Part shown: piece by piece, positions 57,148-64,000 of the stretch
Numbering within the stretch: the stretch's first letter is position 1
How the letters are laid out: each line of letters opens with the position of its first letter
Assembly: GCA_016124905.1 (NCBI GenBank)
Contig: WGMV01000006.1
Location: 10,157 to 74,156 of the forward strand
Reading direction: 5' to 3'
Origin: a bacterium
GTDB lineage: Bacteria; Pseudomonadota; Alphaproteobacteria; Rickettsiales; RI-342
DNA length: 64,000 nt
Translations under genes and position numbers: made by a program
Notes under the pieces: generated by a model
What the model was told of the DNA's origin: nothing
The model's database searches: none
The model's input: the letters and a program-made list of their open reading frames with translations, nothing else

Positions 57148-57954
57148 TTAACCGAAATAACTCACCGCATTCCGGAAAATCGCCATCCCGTCACTCTCCA
57201 CCGGCAGCTTCTTGCCCGCATCATGATACTGGCGTTTCAGCTTCGTCCAGTCATCCCGCTGGGTGAAAAACATCCCGCGCTCCGGGTGCGGCATCATGGC
57301 GATTACGCGGCCGGTTACGTCTGTCACGGCGGCGATGTCTTCCGTCGCGCCGTTCGGGTTGGCGGGGAACGCGCCATTCGCGGGCGTGCCATCGCTGTTG
57401 ATGTAACGCAACCCGACCAGCTTGTTGTCATTCATGAAAGCCAGCGTCTCCGGCGTCATCACCATATTGCCCTCGCCATGCGCCACGGGGATGTGCATGC
57501 GCTGGATGCCGCGCAGCCAGGGGGAGGTTGACCCGCTGACAGCCACATCCACCCACCGGCACTGATAGCGGTTGCTGCTGTTGTGCAGCACGGCGATCTT
57601 CTTGCCCTTTTCGGCTTCCTCATAACCCGGCACCAAACCAAGCCGCGCCAGGATCTGGCAGCCGTTGCAGATGCCGATGGTCAAGGTGTCACGCGCCACG
57701 AAACCGAGCACCGCCTCCAGCAGATGGTTGCGCAGCTTATGCGCATAGGCATTGCCCGAGCCCGTATCATCCCCGAAGGAAAAACCGCCTGGAATCAGCA
57801 TGATCTGGAATTCATCCAGAGCCTTAGGGTTCTCGATCAGGTCATTGATATGCTTAATCGTTACCTCGGCGCCATTATGCTTGAGGGCGAACTCGCTTTC
57901 ATCCTCGCAATTAAGGCCGTAACCGGAAAGGACGATGGCTTTCGGGGCGGGCAT
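57148..57954 (-). CDS. purQ: Phosphoribosylformylglycinamidine synthase, glutamine amidotransferase subunit (PurQ-like, long form)
   Basis: Class I GATase with nucleophile elbow GICNGCQ and the HGEG and HPER motifs. Located immediately downstream of purL. Confidence 0.75.
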   Translation of the reverse strand: MPAPKAIVLSGYGLNCEDESEFALKHNGAEVTIKHINDLIENPKALDEFQIMLIPGGFSFGDDTGSGNAYAHKLRNHLLEAVLGFVARDTLTIGICNGCQILARLGLVPGYEEAEKGKKIAVLHNSSNRYQCRWVDVAVSGSTSPWLRGIQRMHIPVAHGEGNMVMTPETLAFMNDNKLVGLRYINSDGTPANGAFPANPNGATEDIAAVTDVTGRVIAMMPHPERGMFFTQRDDWTKLKRQYHDAGKKLPVESDGMAIFRNAVSYFG

Positions 57955-57963
57955 GATGGCCTC

Positions 57964-60900
57964 CTAAAACTGCTGAAGCGGCTTTTTGTAAGCAGCTTCC
58001 AGCGTAGCGATGGAACAATCAAACGAATGGCCGTTAAGGCCGGTGATACATACAAGGCCGTCTTCTTCCACGGTGCCGATGCAGCCTAGGATGAACGGGT
58101 CCAGCGCAGCCTCAAAGGCGGCTTTGTCGCGCGGCGCGACCGTCACCACCATGCGCCCCAGCGATTCGGAGAAAAGCACCGTGTCGTCGCGCGTCACCTC
58201 ATTGGCTTTAGGTACCTTGCGCAGGTCGACATTCGCACCGAGCCTGCCGCCGATCAGGCTTTTGGCCAGCGCCACGCCCAAACCCCCAAAACCCACCGCG
58301 ATAGCGGATTGCACCAGGTCCTTCTTCACCGCCTCATGATAGGCGCGATACGTCGCCTCGCAGGTGGCCACATCCAGCACCGGCACATTCGCGCCCACCT
58401 GGTTATGCAGGGCATAATATTCCGAGCCACCCAGCTCATTCTTCGTTTCACCGATCACATAAATCAAATCGCCCGGCATCTTCACATCCAGCGAAACGGA
58501 CTGATGCACGTCCTCCACCACGCCAAGGGCGGAAATCAGCAGGGTAGGCGGTACCGAAAGCTTGATCGGGTTGCCTTCCTCGTCATAGCCTTTGAAATCG
58601 TTGAACATGCTGTCCTTGCCGGAAATGTACGGCGTGCCATAGGCCACCGCCACATCGTAGCAGGCCCGCGCCGCGTCCTTCAGCTGCGCCAGCCGCTCGG
58701 GATTCGTGGAATCGCACCAGCAGAAATTATCCATGATGGCCAGATGGTCCAGATGCCCCCCTGCCGCCACGGCGCTGCGCACGGCCATGTCGATGCTGGC
58801 CGCCGCCATGGCGTAGCAATCGATGTCACTGTAACGCGGCCCCACGCCCTGCGAGGTCACCACGCCGCGGTTACGGTCCAGCAATGGGCGGGAGACGGTG
58901 GCCTCCGCATACACGCGCCCCGGCCCCTGCAGCGGTTTGAGCACGGAGGTGCCCTGCACCTCATGGTCATATTGCGTGGCGATGAACTCGCGGCTGCAGA
59001 TGTTCAGCCGCCCCATCATCGCTTCCAGCGTGCTGGCCAGGTTGGCGGGCTGGTCCAGCGTGGGCTCCATCAAACGCGGGCGGACGGCCTTTGTTACCTG
59101 CTCGAATTTCGGCTGCCCGTCATGCAGGAATTCCATGCTCATATCCATGATCACACGGCCGTTCATGGTAATGCGCGCGCGGCCGTCGTCGGTGAAGGTT
59201 CCAATCACGGTGGCTTCCACCCCGCGCCGCTTCATCAGCTCGATCAGGGCTTGCACCTTCTCCGGCGGCACGGCCATGCTCATACGTTCCTGCGATTCGG
59301 AGATCCAGATCTCCCACGGCGCCATGCCGGGATATTTCAAGGGCACCTTCTCCAGCTCCACATGGAAGCCGCCGCTCCCTTCCGCCATCTCGCCGATGGA
59401 GGAGGAAAGCCCGCCTGCGCCATTGTCGGTAATAGCGTGATACAGGTTCATATGCCGCGCTTCGCGCACGATCGTGTCTGAAAGTTTTTTCTGCGTGATA
59501 GGATCGCCGATCTGCACGGCAGTCGACGGGCTGCCCTCGTCCAATGCCACGGAGGAGAAGGTCGCGCCATGGATGCCGTCCTTACCCACACGGCCGCCAA
59601 GCATCACGATGCAATCGCCCGGACGGGCGGATTTAACATGCGACGGCTGGCCGTTCAGTTCACGCGGAATCAGCCCCACCGTGCCCACGAACACCAGCGG
59701 TTTGCCCGCATAGCGATCATCGAAATACACAAATCCCTGCGGCGTGGGGATGCCCGAGCAATTCCCGCCCGCATTCACGCCACTCACCACGCCCTGCATG
59801 ATGGCCACCGGCGGCAGCAGCGGCATGGACTGGTTCGGCCCGCGGTAGAATTTCGGGTCATAGAACGGATCGGCAAAACAGAAGCCGTAGCGGTTGATGA
59901 TGGGCTTCGCGCCTAACCCAAAACCCAGCGTATCGCGGTTCACGCCCACAATGCCCGTGATGGCCCCGCCGAACGGGTCCAGCGCGGATGGGCTGTTATG
60001 CGTCTCCGCCTTGTCGGTGATGAGATACTCGTCATCAAACGCGATCGCGCCGGAATTATCCTTAAACACCGACACGCAGATATCCTGGTTGCCCCGGCGC
60101 GCGCGGATGGTCTCCGTCGCCCGGCGGATATAATGGCGGTAAATCCCTTCGCCAATCTCATCAATGGGCGAGGCAAAGATCGTGTGCTTGCAATGTTCCG
60201 ACCAGGTCTGCGCCAGCGTTTCCAGCTCAATATCGCGCGGCCTGCGGCCTTCCTGATTTTTGAAATAATCGCGGATGGCTTTCAGCTCGTTCAGGTTCAG
60301 CCCAAGCGGCCCGCGAAAGGTGCCGTCGGCATTGGGAATGCCCCGGTCGCCGATTTCCTTGAGCTTCTGCTCCGGCACTTCCAGGTTCACCTCATCGGCC
60401 ACCGGTTTGGCCGTCAGCTTCACCTTGGGCACGATGAAGGCCATGCCCTTATCCTGCTTGTAGGTGACGAAATCTTTGACGTGGATGCGCTGGATCAGCG
60501 GGTTGGCCAGCTCACGTGCAACGGCTTCCACATCGCTGAGGGTGAGTTTACCTTTCAGCAGGTAAAGCGTGGAATAATAAACCTTTTCGCCTTCCACGAA
60601 ATAAAACTTTCCCGGGCTGCCGAACTTATCAGCAATCGTCTCCTGCGCGGTGGAGGCCACATTGTCCGTCACCCCCGGCAGAAAGCCGATTTCGAGCGCC
60701 CAGTCGAACCCTTCGTCATAGACGTGCAGCCCCGGCTCCTGCCGCACAATGTAATGGTGCGTCACCGGATGGGTCAGCGCCTGGGCGCTGGCATAAAGAT
60801 GGTCGGTCGTCATCGCCTTATCGACCGTATAAACATCCACCACGCGGACCGATTGCAGCTTCATGCCGCGCTTGAAGCGCCCGAGCAGCGCATGCCCCCG

Positions 60901-60972
60901 CGCATCTGGCGGCAGGTTGGCCGGGAAGGGATGGAGCGGATGAATCTCAATACGTGTCGCCATGAAAACCAT
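57964..60972 (-). CDS. purL: Phosphoribosylformylglycinamidine synthase PurL with a fused N-terminal PurS-like region
   Basis: 1002 aa. The PurL-type motif WSEHCKH sits at about residue 258, versus about 45-55 in stand-alone PurL. The upstream ~220 aa contain PurS-like segments (FLPGVTDNVASTAQETI). AIR-synthase-like duplicated domains follow. An alternative start is at 60963. Confidence 0.8.
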   Translation of the reverse strand: MVFMATRIEIHPLHPFPANLPPDARGHALLGRFKRGMKLQSVRVVDVYTVDKAMTTDHLYASAQALTHPVTHHYIVRQEPGLHVYDEGFDWALEIGFLPGVTDNVASTAQETIADKFGSPGKFYFVEGEKVYYSTLYLLKGKLTLSDVEAVARELANPLIQRIHVKDFVTYKQDKGMAFIVPKVKLTAKPVADEVNLEVPEQKLKEIGDRGIPNADGTFRGPLGLNLNELKAIRDYFKNQEGRRPRDIELETLAQTWSEHCKHTIFASPIDEIGEGIYRHYIRRATETIRARRGNQDICVSVFKDNSGAIAFDDEYLITDKAETHNSPSALDPFGGAITGIVGVNRDTLGFGLGAKPIINRYGFCFADPFYDPKFYRGPNQSMPLLPPVAIMQGVVSGVNAGGNCSGIPTPQGFVYFDDRYAGKPLVFVGTVGLIPRELNGQPSHVKSARPGDCIVMLGGRVGKDGIHGATFSSVALDEGSPSTAVQIGDPITQKKLSDTIVREARHMNLYHAITDNGAGGLSSSIGEMAEGSGGFHVELEKVPLKYPGMAPWEIWISESQERMSMAVPPEKVQALIELMKRRGVEATVIGTFTDDGRARITMNGRVIMDMSMEFLHDGQPKFEQVTKAVRPRLMEPTLDQPANLASTLEAMMGRLNICSREFIATQYDHEVQGTSVLKPLQGPGRVYAEATVSRPLLDRNRGVVTSQGVGPRYSDIDCYAMAAASIDMAVRSAVAAGGHLDHLAIMDNFCWCDSTNPERLAQLKDAARACYDVAVAYGTPYISGKDSMFNDFKGYDEEGNPIKLSVPPTLLISALGVVEDVHQSVSLDVKMPGDLIYVIGETKNELGGSEYYALHNQVGANVPVLDVATCEATYRAYHEAVKKDLVQSAIAVGFGGLGVALAKSLIGGRLGANVDLRKVPKANEVTRDDTVLFSESLGRMVVTVAPRDKAAFEAALDPFILGCIGTVEEDGLVCITGLNGHSFDCSIATLEAAYKKPLQQF

Positions 60973-61059
60973 TCGGGCCTGAAATTAATCTGGCGGCTAC
61001 GGAGAATGCCTTTACAAATGGCACCCGCTGACCATCCATCTGGGAATGTAGCTGTATCT

Positions 61060-61863
61060 ATGCAAATGGGGCCTCGCTTGCAACGATTACTTGGAACCGT
61101 CATATTTGCGGCCACGCTGGCCTGGGGCTGCGCCCCGGCGCAAACGGCGGAAAAAAGCCCCTTGCATGCGGTGAAGCACGTCATCGACGGTGACACGATC
61201 GTGCTGGATGACGGCGAGCATGTGCGGCTGGTCGGCATCCAGGCCCCCGAGATTGCACATAAGGATTCCCCCGGCCAGCCTTACGGGCCGGAAGCCACCG
61301 AGGCGCTGAAAAAACTCATCGGTCAAAGCAGAATCCGCGTGGAGCCTGCCGCCGAACCGCGCGACCGTCATGGCCGCCTGCTGGCCTATCTCTACCCGGA
61401 AAAGGGGGACATGCTGCAGCTGGCCATGGTGAAATCCGGCGCGGCGATGGTCTACAGCTTTCCCAACAACACCGCCCATATCTCGGAATTCCTCAAGGCC
61501 GAAGCGGCTGCCCGCGCCGCCGGAAAAGGCCTCTGGCAATTGCCCGCCTACCGGCCATTGACAGCCGAAACCGCAGGGCAGGGCGACGGCCAGTACCGCG
61601 TGGTGGAAGGCGTCATTCGTCATGTGGCCAAGGTAAAGGGCCACTGGTACCTCAATTTCGGTGAGGACTGGAAAACGGATTTCACCATCTTCATCGACCG
61701 CAAGAACGTAAAACGATTCTCATCTTCAGACCTCCACCCCCAGGATTGGGAAGGCCGCCGCATCCGCATCCACGGCTGGATATTCCCCAAAAACGGCCCG
61801 ATGATCGAACTCACCCATCCACAGCAGATGGAACTGCTTGTCTCTGATACGCCCACGCGCTAG
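61060..61863 (+). CDS. Secreted thermonuclease (SNase)-family protein
   Basis: Signal peptide MQMGPRLQRLLGTVIFAATLAWGCAPAQTA. SNase core VIDGDTIVLDDGEHVRLVGIQAPE...DRHGRLLAYLY. Alternative upstream starts are at 61006 and 61018. Confidence 0.7.
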   Translation: MQMGPRLQRLLGTVIFAATLAWGCAPAQTAEKSPLHAVKHVIDGDTIVLDDGEHVRLVGIQAPEIAHKDSPGQPYGPEATEALKKLIGQSRIRVEPAAEPRDRHGRLLAYLYPEKGDMLQLAMVKSGAAMVYSFPNNTAHISEFLKAEAAARAAGKGLWQLPAYRPLTAETAGQGDGQYRVVEGVIRHVAKVKGHWYLNFGEDWKTDFTIFIDRKNVKRFSSSDLHPQDWEGRRIRIHGWIFPKNGPMIELTHPQQMELLVSDTPTR

Positions 61864-61867
61864 TTTA

Positions 61868-62914
61868 ATGGCTCATATGAGTACAAAGCCCGCCGTGAAA
61901 CCGCTCGACACCACCGAAATTGCCAAGATGGCGCTGGCCATGATGGCAACCCACGGCATCACGCCGACGCCTGAGCATTACGCGGTCTGGTTTTATTACA
62001 GCGAAGGCAGCAACAAGGCCCTGGCCGTTGAAATTAATCAGGCGCTTCAGAACAAACGTAAAATCGACGACGCTTTCTGCGATTACCTCAACAGCCGTTT
62101 TGTGGCAGAGAACATCGACCATGCCGTGGTGGAGCAGGCCCGGCGCGATGCCCATGCGCTGATGCAGCACGCCATCGCCCTGATGGACGGCATGACGCAG
62201 AACACCAGCAATTACAGCCGCGACATGGATGAGACGGTCAAGGATCTTTCCGGCCATCTCCATATAAAGGAGCTGCGCGAGGTGGCCGATGCCATCATCA
62301 ACAAGACCAAGGAGCTGCAAAGCCATAGCCAGAACCTGTCCACCAGGCTGCAGGCCTCCTCCAAGGAAGTGCAGTCGCTGCGGCGCGACCTGGAAAAAAT
62401 CACCGCCGAGGCGCAGAAGGATTTCCTCACCAGCGTCGATAACCGCAAGGCGTTCGACCGTAAGCTGGACGACATGATGGCCATCACCCGGGCGGATGGA
62501 CAGGAAATGTGCCTGCTGATGCTCGATATCGATAATTTCAAGGATTTCAACGATAAATACGGCCACATGGTGGGCGACGAGGTGCTCAAAGGCGTGGCGC
62601 GCGTGCTGGTGGAATCCGTGCGCGGCAAGGATGTGGTGGCCCGTTTCGGCGGGGAGGAATTCGCCATTCTGTTGCCCAACACGCCGCTGGCGGGCGGGCT
62701 TGCCGTGGCGGAAAACCTGCGTAAATCGGTCGCCAATAAACGCTTTATCCGTAAGGATAATAATGAGAAGCTGCAGGAGGTGACCATCTCGCTCGGCGTG
62801 GCGTCCCTCAAGCCGGATGATACGGCCAATCTGTTTGTCACCCGCGCCGATGATGCCTTATACCGTTCCAAGAAGGGTGGACGTAACAAGGTAACGCAGG
62901 AGAGTGTGAAATGA
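61868..62914 (+). CDS. Diguanylate cyclase (GGDEF) with a helical N-terminal sensor region
   Basis: Active site GGEEF preceded by the I-site RGKD, 5 residues upstream. The start is ATG-61868 or 61877, after the nuclease stop. Confidence 0.85.
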   Translation: MAHMSTKPAVKPLDTTEIAKMALAMMATHGITPTPEHYAVWFYYSEGSNKALAVEINQALQNKRKIDDAFCDYLNSRFVAENIDHAVVEQARRDAHALMQHAIALMDGMTQNTSNYSRDMDETVKDLSGHLHIKELREVADAIINKTKELQSHSQNLSTRLQASSKEVQSLRRDLEKITAEAQKDFLTSVDNRKAFDRKLDDMMAITRADGQEMCLLMLDIDNFKDFNDKYGHMVGDEVLKGVARVLVESVRGKDVVARFGGEEFAILLPNTPLAGGLAVAENLRKSVANKRFIRKDNNEKLQEVTISLGVASLKPDDTANLFVTRADDALYRSKKGGRNKVTQESVK

Positions 62915-63285
62915 AGCGCGTCATCGCCGCATGCTGTTTGGCCTTATCCTTGCTGGCCGCTCCCGCCCTGGCGGAGGAGACGATGGGCAAGCCCCTGCTG
63001 GTGGTGCGTTTCCAGCAGCCCGTGGTGCATTACGAGCAGTCGCTTTACATGGTCATGAGCAAGGCGCTGGAAGCCAACCCCAACATGCAGTTCGACGTGG
63101 TGGCGGTCGCGCCGGAAGGCATCGACCAGATGCAAAACACCCAGTTGATCGAAAACACCCGTAAATACGGCCAGCAGGTAATGGCTAGCATGAAGCAGAT
63201 GGGCATGCCCGACAGCCGCATGCGCCTGTCATCCCAGACCAGCCCTTATGTCACCTCGCCCGAGGTACACCTGTTCGTCTATTGA
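62911..63285 (+). CDS. Small secreted hypothetical protein
   Basis: 124 aa. Signal peptide MKRVIAACCLALSLLAAPALA. ATGA overlap with the GGDEF gene. No family recognised. Confidence 0.5.
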   Translation: MKRVIAACCLALSLLAAPALAEETMGKPLLVVRFQQPVVHYEQSLYMVMSKALEANPNMQFDVVAVAPEGIDQMQNTQLIENTRKYGQQVMASMKQMGMPDSRMRLSSQTSPYVTSPEVHLFVY

Positions 63286-63286
63286 T

Positions 63287-63535
63287 ATGCTGGAGATCCG
63301 CCCCAACTGCGAATGCTGCGACAGGGACCTCCCGCCCGATTCCGCCGAGGCGCGCATCTGCAGCTTTGAGTGCACCTTCTGCGCCCGTTGCGTGGATACA
63401 GTGTTAAACGGCGTCTGCCCCAATTGCGGCGGTGGCTTCGCCCCGCGCCCCATCCGCCCGGCCAGCAAGCTCACGCAATATCCGTCTTCCATCAAACGGG
63501 TGGTGAAGCCGGGCGGCTGTATGCAACTGGCCTAG
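63287..63535 (+). CDS. DUF1272-family zinc-ribbon protein
   Basis: MLEIRPNCECCDRDLPPDSAEARICSFECTFCARCVDTVLNGVCPNCGGGF matches the Cys pattern of DUF1272 as I recall it. Confidence 0.65.
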   Translation: MLEIRPNCECCDRDLPPDSAEARICSFECTFCARCVDTVLNGVCPNCGGGFAPRPIRPASKLTQYPSSIKRVVKPGGCMQLA

Positions 63536-63810
63536 CCGAAGAAATAAACCAGACAATAGCTGATGAAGTTCAGGCCGAGCAGCAGCACCAGCGATGCCAG
63601 ATCGAACCCGTTATAAGGTGGCACATAGCGCCGGATATAGGCAATGGCCGGTTCTACAATGCGGCCAAGACCGTCATAGATGGCATGCACGATCGGGTGC
63701 GTCAGCCGCAGCACGCGAAAGCTCACCAGCATACTGATAAGCAGCCAGATGAAGACGATAAAACTGTAGAGATTAATGATCTGGTAGGCCAGATACACGA
63801 TAGGGTTCAT
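63532..63810 (-). CDS. YggT-family membrane protein
   Basis: 92 aa, 2-3 TM. Pattern ...LRLTHPIVHAIYDGLGRIVEPAIAYIRRYVPPYNGFDLASLVLLL. Confidence 0.6.
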   Translation of the reverse strand: MNPIVYLAYQIINLYSFIVFIWLLISMLVSFRVLRLTHPIVHAIYDGLGRIVEPAIAYIRRYVPPYNGFDLASLVLLLGLNFISYCLVYFFG

Positions 63811-63844
63811 GGATGCTTCTCCCTGTTATGCGGTAAAATAAGCA

Positions 63845-64000
63845 TTACCTGGCGCCATGCCTGCCGGCATCCTGCCCGATAAGGCTTAAGAATTCCTGAC
63901 GCGTGCGCGCATCGCTGCGAAACCGCCCCACCATGTGGCTGGTGATCATGCTCACGCCCGTTTTATGCACCCCTCGGATGGACATGCACTGGTGCGTGGC
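63845..64000 (-). CDS. folE: GTP cyclohydrolase I, C-terminal 51 codons (partial, runs off the window)
   Basis: Minus-strand translation [51 protein letters not shown] matches the FolE C-terminus (HxCxxxRG ... TRxEFL). It is absent from the ORF track because the start lies outside the window. Confidence 0.7.
   Translation of the reverse strand, partial: ATHQCMSIRGVHKTGVSMITSHMVGRFRSDARTRQEFLSLIGQDAGRHGAR

Noticed and set aside
63370-63882. 170-aa plus-strand ORF
   Set aside because: It is antisense to yggT and the folE 3' end and overlaps DUF1272. The Arg/His/Gln-rich translation has no motif.

Overview
The window looks like conserved core chromosome of a GC-rich alphaproteobacterium. All family calls come from motif and synteny recognition by eye, with no database search. 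The lineage inference rests on four things: a Caulobacter-style fliF-fliG-fliH/flbE-fliN-flbD operon, an ATP12 chaperone next to rluC, an S13-S11-rpoA-L17 operon without S4, and alphaproteobacterial GTCATCC...GGGATC-type REP elements.

Gene content from left to right:
- The end of the ribosomal spc/alpha operons: L30, L15, secY, adk, S13, S11, rpoA, L17.
- degP-rarA-crcB-rluC, then ATP12.
- Propionyl-CoA carboxylase pccB and pccA.
- A large PfkB-type kinase.
- A dcw cluster (mraZ-rsmH-ftsL-ftsI) that stops after ftsI.
- RNase P RNA (rnpB), then rluB.
- A 12.4-kb co-directional flagellar cluster: fliF, fliG, fliH, fliN, motA, flbD, flhA, flhF, flhG and a 710-aa Pro/Ala-rich FliK-like protein.
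- A GYF-domain membrane protein, then a MarR regulator with an M17 peptidase paralog, then gmk.
- lptF-lptG-lptD-surA-rsmA, then thrS-infC.
- Two glycosyltransferases, a hydrolase, a formyltransferase and pepA.
- FAH plus maiA, nnrD and msrB.
- A fused PurS-like/PurL with purQ.
- An SNase-GGDEF-small secreted protein operon, DUF1272, yggT, and the 3' end of folE.

I see no transposase, integrase, prophage, CRISPR array or recognisable defence island.

The unexplained structure is almost all non-coding:
- A 70-80 nt two-hairpin repeat family. It has five full copies and one truncated copy at four loci, and the stems co-vary between copies.
- Two long (143 and 159 bp) imperfect palindromes in intergenic spacers. 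One sits between pccB and pccA, carries four direct TTTGCA hexamers, and contains a 52-codon ORF coupled to pccA.
- A phased TGGGAT array upstream of mraZ.
- An rnpB 3' hairpin that competes with helix P1.

The protein-level oddities are an open Ala/Lys/Pro-rich frame running into L30, the FliK-like protein translationally coupled to flhG, and the PurS-PurL fusion. Most of the long alternative-frame and antisense ORFs in the supplied track are GC-driven shadows of real genes.
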